Assembly: GCA_040954595.2 (NCBI GenBank)
Contig: CM082581.2
Coordinates: 11,468,286-11,532,285 of the forward strand
Direction of reading: 5' to 3'
Length of the DNA: 64,000 nucleotides
From: Balanoglossus misakiensis
Lineage: Eukaryota; Animalia; Hemichordata
Position 1 is the stretch's first letter; each line of letters begins with the position of its first letter. Made by a program: the position numbers and the translations under genes. Shown one piece after another: positions 13,601-25,935 of the stretch. Below the pieces are notes generated by a model. It was given only the letters and a program-made list of their open reading frames with translations. It was not told where the DNA came from and searched no databases.

Positions 13601-16600
13601 GGCATTATATGAAATGGGCCATTTTACGGTTGTAAAACTACAAGTTGGATATCGATTGTCAGTTTCTCCCCTTAAACCTATTCCAAAACTATACACGTGA
13701 CAAGTAACATGGACACTTATTTGAGCAAGCAACCTTCTCAAATACGTCAGAAGTGTTATTTCAAAACAATATTTTAGAAACGATTACAATTTCACGAACA
13801 GTACTCTCCCAACACAAAACTAACAAGACAACACTCCTTACGTAAAAACAGAACCCATCCTGCGCACGACCACAGTCCCTCTAGCATATGTGATAGAGAG
13901 ATACACCTGTAATCTTCCAAGATCGTCTACACCTGAACAATTGTTTTAACTAATCCGTACGGTACACAGGTGGACGTTTATCCCTTGTTATCAAAATCCG
14001 TCTGATGTCGACAGGTCTTCCATAACAAAACGATTACCACTTACCAAATAAAACCGGTGATCTTTATTGAATTTATGGGTTTTGTGTGAGGCGGCTACCC
14101 TTTGTAATACTGTTGTTTACTTAGGAGGGCGTGTGTTAAAGCCACTGAGTGGGGGTAGGACTGGTCACTGTCCCTCCACAAGGTGTGGAGGGGCTGTAGA
14201 CTGGTGGGAGGCTCAGAGTGGGGGCAGGTGGTCCAATCTTGAGGCTTGCTAACCCCCTCCCCCCAGTCTATATTTGTGCCTCCATCAATATCTCATTCCC
14301 ATGGGACTTCGTGTCATCTTTAGTAGTAAGAACACAGACGCGTCGTCTTGAGCTCAGACAAACAACAATTATTTGAGGATCGTAGTTGTCCGAGTCTCGA
14401 ACCAACCAGGGTGTTTATGGACATTACACATAACTATTGATGAATTGATAATGTCACACAATCTATTCGGCATCTACAATGTTACGCGTTTTTTTCTGCT
14501 AACAACATCAACTGGAGTCGACCTCCAATTAATTAATTAATCAATTAATCTTATCGTTTTCCATAATCTTATTACAACGATACCACTTTAATAAGCTTAA
14601 AGCAAGTTGTTGATCAAACGTTCAAATCAAAGTTAAACTTGCTTTGCAACAGACCCTTGATACTTGATGTTTTTAGCTGGTTATATCATCCTCAATTCTC
14701 GCACAAAGCAGAGCTAGAAGTTTTAAATGGTGTTTGTAAAATATATGGCGTCAAAATTCGTAGCATGCGCAAATCGACAAAATATGGCAAATTAACGCCC
14801 TCACTCAATCCCTTTGGAGCCAGACGGCTCATAAAAATCGCATCCATCAGATAGAATATCTACTTAATTGTGTGTTTCCATGGAAAAGATTCCATATCCT
14901 AAGCAAAACCTGTCATGTATGTACGAGTTTCATGGAGACCAGACAATCACATTTTTACATCATGGTTTTATCGTTTTGAATTATTTGCCGCGAGGTCATC
15001 AACAGCAAGTACTCACCTCGTTTCGACTTTCTGTCTTTGATTGGTGGGAATGGCATGATTGTCACATAGGAGACAACTCAGGGACTCACTAGTATCAGCT
15101 TTGCATACACTCAAAGTTTGTCCAGTTATTTTTACACGTCGCCATGTTTTCAGTCTGTCCTAAGCTGAAAGATCACCAAGAATATCCATAAATGAATTTT
15201 CAAATAGATAACGATAACACTTCTTTGCAGTCATGGTCGATTTGAAAGCTTTGGACATACCTTCTAGATAAGGCTGAGCGCTAATCCCAAATTCTTTACA
15301 CTGAAGACAAATGCGGTCAGTCCTGAAACTCTATCATGTTCATTGCCACAGTCATCACATATTATCCCTTTTACGTACAGGACTAATAGATTCATGTCCC
15401 CGCACATATTGGAAATGTTGTGAAAATGCATAAAAAATCATAAATAGGGCCTACAGTGCTCTTCGGATACTAGTAAATGAAAATTTGATTGTAATAGGTA
15501 GTTCTATTACCGGTTCCATTGTTTACGTCTGGTCCGGGCATTCCTATGATGAAGACGAACATGATGATGATGCTGGTTCTGGGTCCAAAACAACAGATTT
15601 CCACAAGCCGACCGAAAACAGATCTCAATAAGACACTCCGGCTCAGCATAGAGGCATCCTGGCCTGCACATCAGAAACTGGTTGGCTAAGTTCATCATTT
15701 TAAAATGTGTGCGTCGAATTCGTCGTCTGCCATTTTGTAAACAGGAAGAAGCTATGCATTCTGGGATCACCGTAAAAGGGTCTGTAAGGGCCTTTGGTTT
15801 TTATGTGGCCTGACTTTGGACTGTGGAAATAAAGGGGATTGGACAATAAAGCTGTTTTTAGCGGAACTCGCCCGCATTGACTTATATTTTGTTGTTGTAT
15901 CGTCTTTGCAACACATACCACTGATCAAAGTAAAAGAATCACCTGTAACATTCAACAATGATTGACGATTCACACTATACATACAGTTTGCAAAAGTGGC
16001 TGCAGATACGTAAGCACGCCCAAAGTATTAAACGTACTCTATTTTCCTACTCGAATTTTCCATAGAAGAAAATGAGCTTTCACAGGAATGAACGTGGAAC
16101 TGAACGAATATACGCAATCCACCTATTCGATGGGAGTTGGTGAGCTTGATGTGTTTCAGGGAGCCAGTTTGCTCGACGTGGGTTGCTCTCAATATCCAGT
16201 TTATGCAGGTAGGAGTTAATTCAACTTACGGATGAGCTAAGAAACACATCGGCATTATTAATAATATACCAATGAGTCATTTGCCTTTATATGTCGGCCA
16301 TTGACACATATTAAACATTAATCCTGTGTTATAGATGTATCCATCTGTTTTGGGGTGCTTTGCATCCATTTGACACATACGCGCTGGCAACCAAGCGACC
16401 AAGGCCAAAGTTACGAATGCTGGTCAGAACGGAAGCAAGAAATTGTTTAGCTCTTGAGTCTTGTCGGCAATGAATTTGACAAACTCAGAATAAACGAAAA
16501 ATAACCACTTTATCCTTGACACTGACTGACATGTTCCAACGACTGAGTCTTTTGGTTGTGACTTTGACTGACAGCAAGCAAAGCACACAGTGCCACGGTG

Positions 16601-18108
16601 TTATTTAGAAGAGCTTTGCAGGACACATATTACCAAGTAACCATGAAATTTGGCTATTATTTGTAAGTAGACATGAACGGCAGCCTATTTGTTTATTTCA
16701 GTCAGCTGATAAGAAAAATATGATGGTGACAAGTTCTAGTACACTGGATGGCAACACTTCGAAATGCAGAAACGTTTATGGGAATATGTCGCAAGATAAT
16801 AGTTATAAGTACACTACTGTTTAGATCTTCTATTTGCTACATTTTAATAAAGAAATGCCTACTTTTATTTCTGATCATGTATTGTTTTATTTTTACCATT
16901 CACAAACCATTCGATTTAAATCTGTGAGCCGTTCCATGATTACAATTGAAATATTGATGATAAAGGAACTAAGTAAACGTCTATTGACAATCGCATCATT
17001 TTATGTGTATAATGGTTTATGTTATGTGTCAGGACTTATTTCTTCCTCCTCCTGAATCATACTCACACAGGGATCTCTGTGAGAACTTACCCACAACAAA
17101 GATATACTTCCTTCATGTTTCACATCAAGGCCAACAACACACACATAATCATTCGTCTAAAGTCTTACAAGATTAAGAATAATCTTGCGTCCTTATCTCG
17201 TACACACAGAAGTTGGTTATTTATTTGCGTTCATTTCTCTGTGGCGGTGGGTAGTCGAGCTGCACAGAAGTTAGCTCCACCATCACGCCTTCCAAGTTAG
17301 AAAACCAAATTCGACTACCCCCAGAACGTTCTCCAGTCATGTGAGACACCGCATTTCCAAAACGGCCTGAAGAATGTCTACTAAAACGCAACATTACATG
17401 TTATAGATTTAATTAGATTGTTACAATCCGTAACTTGGACAATTTCTTAAGACGATAAAGATACCAAGCAAGGTCCAAATATAGATGGTATTATGATGTT
17501 TGTCGAGCGACGGCGATAAAAATTGCGGGTAAACTTCGATGGACCTTTCGATGACATTTTGGTCGGGTAAAGATAAGCAAGCATGCGCCACCCAATAAAA
17601 AGTTGATCAACAGGCAATGGTGGCAAATTGATTGGCCTTTGTCTCCTAACGACCTAATCTTTTACCACTCCTACCAGCATTTCACTTCATCATGCCGTGA
17701 TCTCACGTCAGATTAGCGGTGAACACCATCACACGCCCACTGACAAGCCATTGACAAACATCTTTTACCTCTCTGGTGGACCCGTCACCAGACACCATTC
17801 GACAGAGAGCGACCAAAGACGACAGTTGCCTCTTACATCGCCTCGCCACCTGCTATACTCAAGAACCTGTCTATGCATGGTCGCGGGTCATTCGGGCCAT
17901 ACTGACATCTGCTAATGCGTTGTGTTTGTGAGAAGTCACAAGTGGTTAGAATAGCGACCGACGTTGGAGCGCTTTACTACCCTGCCTGTTCGTTTATTAA
18001 TCAAGAAGAAGTCTCCCTCGAGTGTTTGAAGTGAGCGTGCACAGTCAACCTGCACAGGTGGTTTTCTTGGTGGCATCGGACACTGCATGTGTGTCCTCTG
18101 ATTCAATC

Positions 18109-20997
18109 ATGGAACGCGGTGGTAACCTGTCTGTGGGTCGGATCTTTCGGCCAACCATCGTCTACCAGTGTCCAGATTTCCATGTAGCACCAGCACCGTT
18201 TCCCAAAACTTTTCCGTCGGCCTACGGCATGCTTTTCTGCGGTGATCGGCAAAAAGCGATCGAGAGTCCGTCGGCGTGGTGGGCCAGGTCCCCCGACACT
18301 GCATACGGCATGAGAAGCGACTACTACGATCCACCGTCCTATATAACGTGCAACAACCCGATGTGCCTGCCCAGATTCGTCCCAGAAATATCGATCACCA
18401 AAGCAGAGTTGTCAAGTAGCAGCCACGCTAGGCTATCTCCCTTCTATCGCGGACACTCGGGCGGTAAGCTCATTGGTTCAGCGGTGAACGGGCGTCTCGA
18501 CGCCAACCGCATGTTTGTCGGCGAGAGCAAATCGGACACGTTAGAGAGACTGAAAGAGTTTGTAAGTCACTCGCACTCTTCAGAGCCTATAGCGATCACA
18601 GAAATCGCAGCTGGTAACACTTTGGAAGAAAGCAAACGATGCAAAGACGAGAAGAAGCTCAGCGAGAAAAAAAGACGCTTTCCGTGTCCACTATGTGATG
18701 TTTCATGTTCAAATAATGGGCAACTGAGAGGACATATCAGGGTTCATACCGGTAAGTATGAACACGAACTTTTTTGCAGAACGAGAGTTCTGTCTAGATT
18801 ATATACCTGAAGGTATTAACTTTTTGAATCACTGTGTGTTGCATGTATTTCGAACCACCTGTTGAATGCAGGAAAGATACTGGCGACACCACGACACGTT
18901 GTCATTTGATAGTCCCAGCTGTAGATCACGGGATATGACATTTCTCTGATTTTGAATTTGCAATTTCACTTCTGTTCGCACCATTCACACATTTCACACG
19001 CACATTACTAATTCGTGTGGGTAACACTGAAAGACGTAAACAAAATGTGTCTTTTTGACACCTCCTCGAGTTGACAATCCACAAAACCAATTTCAATGGG
19101 GAAACTTGGGCGCACTGGAAGATTTTGTGATATTTCCTTTGACAATTAGCGTTGTGTATACTATTTGTCACTCAATACCTCAAAAAATCAACATTTGTAA
19201 GTATTTCTCCATCAATTACAACAAGAATAGCCCTTCGTGAAATTCCCTTGGTAAACTGGTATCGTTTGTTCGCGACCACACTGGGTCTCATTTACTATGT
19301 TGATGTCAGCAAAGTCTACAACTTGTAAGGGACACTTCAGTATAAACTCGGGTACTGTTGTTGCTACATGGCTCGATTTCCAAGTGGTTGTCCGACGAGC
19401 CGGACAAAAGCGAAGGAAGATTCGGTCGATTTGATGTTAAAGTGACCGCGGCGTTGTAACGGGTGCGAAAAATATGTAGCAAGTGTCGTAATCCCGGTAA
19501 TATAACAATAATATTGTAAATAGGTTTACCGACGCGCAGTGACTAAGGACATTCCGAGGCTGGTATAATCATGGCGTCATTCTCTGATGCTAGGCTGATC
19601 TCATTCTTGCTGTTGCTGTTTATCTAGCGAACGAGTGGCTATTTGACCCGACTTCGCCGAACACACAGTCTATTTATTTGTGGTACGGGTTTATAAAGGC
19701 ACACTCATTGAATGCAAGGCCTCCACATAAAGATTTCAAAAGTGAAGTCAATTTCTCTCAACTTTTGTTAGTCTGTTTTCAGATAAAGACAACCATTCGT
19801 TTTGTCGTGGTTGCTTGCGACTCACGAGGAAGGAAACCTCCCTAAAATTCAGAATTCAGGTATTAGACCACAATTTGGTATCAATTTGGTGACAATTTGG
19901 TAACAGGAATTTTTCTTGTTCAACTGCCAGAATAACAATAAGTAAGACCAACTTGAATAAATCCTCAACATTTTACGTTTTGACAAGAGTCATGCAAAAC
20001 AGGAGTATTTCATTTTCTTTCATTCAAGCTCTTGATAGACAGAAACGACCCATCTCACAGTTTCATGGGGAAAGGAAACGCGATGGACGTTCCTTGAACT
20101 TAGTTTTGATACTCTGAAGAAGTGAGCATCACTTGTAATGAAAATACTCTGAGTTTTAAACTGATGTGTAGTGTAGCGCGGTCACTATAAAACGTTGTGC
20201 GCGTGTTTTAGGAGGGGTTTGGTATCCGATCTGTTTGCTGTCGTTCCAATGGCAATGAAATTGTTGGCGTAAAGCAAACAGCGGCCAATGGCATGTCAGC
20301 CAATTGTTACTGTTGACCCTTAGCTCCAAAATGCCGCACGACGGAGTCGCTCTATGGCAACCGTACCGCACTGTGTTATGTACCAATTCACATAGTCTTG
20401 GTTACGACGCTGCGTGTACCCGACACCTTGTCGTAGACGCCGTTTCCAAAACAACATGGACCCACGAAACATCAAATCTGGGCGTAGTTTTTCGCTTTCA
20501 ACACAGGGGATGTAGATATTTAATATGGTACATTCGTAATTTGTGTGGCATATAAAACCTAACGCGAAACAGTTGTCTGCCCAGCAACGCAACCTCTGCC
20601 GTCACCATACACACTTTCGTTCGTAGGCACGGACTTTGTTCATAAATGTTCTTATTTTTTTTTACCACCACCAGGGGAGCGACCTTTCAAGTGTGATCAC
20701 CCGACCTGTGGACGAGCCTTTGCAAGAAACGAAGAGTTGACCCGCCACCGACGAATTCACACGGGCATGAGACCGCACCGTTGTAACATCTGCGAGAAAC
20801 GATTCGGACGCAAGGACCACCTCACTAAACACACGAAAACCCACTTGAAACCAGCGGAGAAAAAGACTTATGTTTGCAGCTTATTCGGCTGTGGACAGAA
20901 ATACAGTCGTTCAGACGCTCTTGCCAGACATCAATGGACGGCGCATTCAATCAAACCAAAATCCAATTGCCGAAAGAAAGGCACTTCACAGGGTTAG
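18109..20997 (+). CDS. hkb: Huckebein-family C2H2 zinc-finger transcription factor, 2 exons, 321 aa, 4 fingers
   Basis: Exons 18109-18751 and 20675-20997 with a phase-1 GT..AG intron in the HTG/ERPF linker. The joined protein FPCPLCDVSCSNNGQLRGHIRVHTGERPFKCDHPTCGRAFARNEELTRHRRIHTGMRPHRCNICEKRFGRKDHLTKH matches Drosophila Hkb signatures as I recall them (SNNGQLKGH, RNEELTRH, FGRRDHL). 966 nt total. Confidence 0.92.
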
Positions 20998-23900
20998 AAA
21001 AATTCTACCAAGTATCGTTTATAAATACCATAGCTGAACAAAAGTTGCATTTTTAATTATGTGTGTACGTTCACCGTTCGGTGACAAAATATTATACTTC
21101 AACCTCACTGTGTCGATTCCAGACAGTTTAGATACTTGTAAATATTATTTTTAATTTTGTAAGTATTTAATCCCTGACTGTCCAAGAAGGATTTCATTTT
21201 GACGCAAACCAATCATAAATATCCATGGTGTATTTACATCATATACGTTATTATGCCGAACACGCAATTTTAATTTGCGTGATTTTAAATAAGTGTAAAT
21301 GTAAATTTCAATAATGAAATTGAATTTATTGTTACATGTACATTTTATTTGCATTTTAAACTCTTTAAACTCACAGAATTGATACCAGTGATTAAAAAGA
21401 CCTGTCATTCTTTAATGTTGTTAGTTATACTTGTTTGTGTCTTTATCCATTTGTGTCTGATCGGCCATGGACCGGTTTAGGCAGGTGTTGCCATAGACTG
21501 AAATATAAGACGAGGTACAGGAAAGTCACTGCGGACGTCAGTATCCAAGAAAAGAAAGACGCCAAAATACTCGGCACATATAGGGAGTGGGTGTACAAAA
21601 ACACGCCATCACTCCCTCCACAAAGATAGACTATACAAAACCCTACTGTTATTCTCAAACATAAAATGCTAACATAAAAAGGGTGTATTAAATAAAGAAG
21701 CCGTTTAATGAGGCCGACACCTGGGCCTAATCCTAGGGGGGATTGACATATAAAGTTGTCCATAGAAACTATACTCAATAAAGACAAAACAATGACGCGG
21801 GTATGTCGTTTTAAATCCTAGGAACGGGCGTGAAGGTCAGTTAGGGTGACGGTTCCCCGGTAAATTATCTCAAATTAGCGTTAATTTGTTAAAAATGTTG
21901 ACTGCCTGATCCTTGGGTCTTTTATCCGCGTACTTAACAATCCTGAGGTACCCGGTAAAGGGAGATTAGAAGTGTAACAGGTGGGATTTGCCCGTTCGAA
22001 TACCTTGCTCACCGTGATCGAAATACAGTCCAAGATATCGACGCGGGAAAGTTAGTGACGTCGACTACAAGAAATCTCGGAATGAAAAATCGTGCCGACG
22101 ATGTGACAGCTGTTCGGTAGTGGGTGACCATACTTCGAAATCGAATAGTTTCCAGCGACCTCTGGATGGCCAGCTATCGAGCGATTCCGATGTATCTCGG
22201 AAAATGTGGTATTTCTGCAGACAGATGAAGAGCTCGGGGTCATGGCGTAGTTAACAAAACGAGTGTCTGCCATCATTAATTTACTTTGTAAATTGGGTGC
22301 TGAACATTGCAGCCGGACAACAACGCCTTTGTAGGAATTTGGTGTGATTTCTAGGCGTAACGCTTTTTTTCTTTTGCTTTGCTGTGTATTTCAATCTAGG
22401 GATAAGTTGCCGTGAGATTTGATTGATCGTAAAGGTACTTGATAGGCGTAGAGATTTATGTGACTACCAGCCCGTCTGACTGGCTCCACCGATAAGACTT
22501 AACCACTAGCGTTGTCATGGTGACTCTGGCAACACCGCTCACGTCGCATACTCGAATCATATAACCGATTGCATAGCGTTTGATTACATCCACACGTTCA
22601 GTTTTAAAATTATCAAATAACACAATACTATGATTTATTTTCTCGATGGTTTTAGTATGTGTATGAGAGGGGCAATTTCACATCTATAATTGCACAACCA
22701 GACGTAAAAGCAGACACATATATCGCAGATTCCTGAGGACAAGTAATATACATGCAAGCCGAGTCTACACGCTTGCGCACCCATTCATCGCAGATGCCAG
22801 ATAAATGAGAAGACCTGCTTCACAAACAATTTAATGTCTCAAAATAGAAAATATGATAATTGATAAAATATACCTGTGCCGATTTTAGTTACAACTTCAA
22901 CTCACTATTGCACTAAACCTCACAAAAGTCAATATCAACGACATGCAACGTTAGACACCGATTGACGTGTTGTTACAGAGCGTTATCCGCGCGTTCCACA
23001 TATAAAACAAGGCGCGAGCCTCTGTCAACAGATTGCAGTGAACTATCAGATAAGCAAATTCAATATTTTTCCTTTAGTAATGTACAAATCCATGAATGGT
23101 TTTCATTATACACAGGAATGCATGGCCATATGTGAACGACAAAATCAACTCCAAGAAAATAATGAAGATTGACGTGTGTTCCTATGATCTATGTTATACA
23201 TGTGAACTTGTCAGTGTCGACTTGTGGAGGGGGATAAGCGTAAATCAACGCCTACCGACGGATAGCTTGTCAAGTCAGTCAAATTCATATCTCCAATAAG
23301 CCACTCAATGTCATCTAAGTTATGGGTGTATTTGAACTCTAACCTGATTCTGGCGTCCAGATCAACTGCACATGCAAGTGCAGGGTACGTCTAAATTTTG
23401 GCCAAGAAAGACCGAGAATTTAAGCTTTACTGGACGCTGAAAAAGGGCTTTACAAAAGGTGGTTACTTTGAGTAAAAACTCTCATCTGCGAGTGTCATTT
23501 GCAGATACTAACGCCAAAAATGAGAAATATGAAAATAAAATTTACGAATAAAACTTTGTTGCTGTTTGCAATGCATGTGAGAGTGGATCATTACATACTA
23601 GTACACCACGTGTGTTCAGAAATGATTTTGTTCGGTTAAGTTCTCAAACGTACGCCGGATATGCATATTTGTGATTCTGACGAATGTTTGAAAACATAAC
23701 TGGACAATAGTAGAATCTTTGTAGTAGTCTTTGTAGAATTTCATTTGCTGCAAAAATTAGAGGTTATTTTCTCCTTGGCAAAGGTCTGAAGTCCATTACT
23801 GATATATGGCAGTTGATCAGGTGTATTTGTTGGAGATTTTGCTGGTACCTGACAGTCAGCAGCTAGAGCACTTGACTAACGTGTTACCATAAATTAATGA

Positions 23901-24014
23901 GCTATTAATCCGACTTAATACAGGTTTTGATGCTAATCCCGCTTATAAAAGCAACATTGTAGTCGATATCATAGCAAGCTCAAGTCCTCGGCCGAGTTCG
24001 TTCCCTGTACAACA

Positions 24015-24377
24015 ATGGCCTATTGTCGTAAATCAAGGCCGGGCTCACGTCACTATGGGTACAATCTGTATTGTGACAGCACGAGTGTCGAGCCAAATCC
24101 CTACCCGGGTTACACTCTTGACGATCTCTGGGCATTCCCGACCCCCACGCGCGGTATCCCAGAGATGGTGATAATCTACAAGTGTTTTGTTTGGGACTTG
24201 GCAGAAGTGCAATGTCATGTACGAACGGGACAACAAAATTCACCTGTCAATCTGGTCGGTCAGCGTCAACTTGACGATGGAAATTATAACAATCGCTGGG
24301 GAATTCCACAAGGCGACCCTGTTACCTTTCAACGCCACTTCATCCTACAATTGCTTTGTAAACAATACTATTGTTGA
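24015..24377 (+). CDS. Candidate intronless orphan protein, 120 aa, no recognised domain
   Basis: TATAAAA at 23944-23950, strong start context ACAACAATGG, and more GC/CpG than the flanks. No homology recognised. Confidence 0.35.
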   Translation: MAYCRKSRPGSRHYGYNLYCDSTSVEPNPYPGYTLDDLWAFPTPTRGIPEMVIIYKCFVWDLAEVQCHVRTGQQNSPVNLVGQRQLDDGNYNNRWGIPQGDPVTFQRHFILQLLCKQYYC

Positions 24378-25799
24378 CAGCGTTGTTCTCGCTGACCCGT
24401 TACGGGTGTGCTAGTAACTACTCCACCTGTGCTACAGTTTCTCCAAGAGTTTTATTGGCAAGCTTGAGTGAATATGTGAGTGGTCTCTAAACTGCCTAAC
24501 GTCTTTCGAGAACGACAGTTTAACCACGGTCACTCCACAGCCAACCACGGCCCACCCTGAAAACTTCAAAGTGGGACGCACATTTATATGCCACTCCCCA
24601 CGAATACCACTTTGTCTGAAAATTCTAACTTTTCTGCCTAAATGTACAGGTTTGGCATGACTGATATGAAAAAGTGTGCAGTTTCTGATGGTCTTACAAA
24701 TAATGACGTCGTCTGCGTCGAATATTAAATGGAGAAGTTACGAAACCTGAAGGTTGAACTGATACAGTTTTGCCAAAATTCTTAGGCGAGGCTTGGAGGT
24801 TTCGATGTGTCCTTGACTCGATGTACTTTGATGAATAATGAGGTCATAATACTTCTAAAAATCGCAGAGTAGATTTAACTTATCAGTGTGCGTATCTAGG
24901 TGTTCGTTCTCGCGATATTTGTGGTCATGAATGGTCTTGGAGTTTTGTTTGGTATCGAACAAATTGAACTCCAAAGCGATAATCATTCGTAAGGTAAAGT
25001 TGGCATCTCAGTGGAGATTTCTTTACTCTCGCGTCATGTTATTTGTAGAATAATTACGACAACTGCACTTCAGTTCTTGAAATGCTGTTGTTTATACCGG
25101 GTATTGTTGCTTGTTGTGGTGGTTTCGCCACTAAGCATTGCAATAAATTCATTAAACGACAATCACAGCAATTACTCTTTGAAGAATCGACCCGCCGACA
25201 CCACAACTACATTTTATCCGGCGAATGACCCGACTTTATTGAAGAACGCGGGCAGTTAGACTACTTTAAGAACCTAGCAACGGGGATGATTAACTCTACA
25301 AAACGTCCTTCGGCAAAAGAAAACTATATATTTCAGCTGTAAGTATTTACCGATAGAACAAACACTCACTGTCCGTCAGTGGCCTGTTTGGTCTTATTTG
25401 TGTACTTGGGCTTGCATTTGTACTGCATATCGTTGAGGGCAGCATACTTCCCACGATCTGTCATTTTACGCTTTACATTTATGGAATAGGTTCTACATAT
25501 TTCAATAGCCAACGTCTTGTACTGACATTATTTCGTTAAAATAATCAATATATTACAACAGTCAAATAATGTGCACGGGTCAGCTATATGTCAATTGCAA
25601 CAAGCTCAAAGTTCAGCACCCTCAAATTCCAGTCATTGACACTTGAGGGCGCTTGTCCACAATCCATAGTTGGAAATTACAATGCCCGTGAGTGCTACAA
25701 GAGGCGAATTGATACGCAATATGTGCACTTCCCTTGTCTTTAAAAACATGTCGAATGAACCTGTAAATCATTTCTTATATTATACTGTAGGATGATTGC

Positions 25800-25866
25800 C
25801 TTACCCACAATGCACTAGATTTGGCGCCCCAGTTTATAGTCACGTGACTAGTCCAAGATGGCCGCA
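25800..25866 (+). promoter_or_regulatory. Housekeeping-type promoter of the TTC31-like gene: ZNF143/STAF, E2F-like, palindromic E-box and YY1 sites
   Basis: TACCCACAATGCAC (25802-25815), TTGGCGC, TAGTCACGTGACTA (25837-25850) and CAAGATGGCCGC (25854-25865), 70-135 bp upstream of the ATG. Confidence 0.7.
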
Positions 25867-25935
25867 TCTAGTTGACATTCCAAAGTTTGGTTGCGATTTT
25901 TAATCGTCCGGTGTTAAATACGTTAACAATTCACT

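Noticed and set aside
14640-15330. Possible decayed DNA-transposon sequence (also 23340-23800 and 24560-24800)
   Set aside because: No TIRs, TSDs or transposase could be defined by eye; needs RepeatMasker.
21443-22276. Minus-strand ORFs, one with a hydrophobic TM-like stretch, in a CpG-rich block
   Set aside because: No homology or splice chain; more likely regulatory DNA 3' of hkb.
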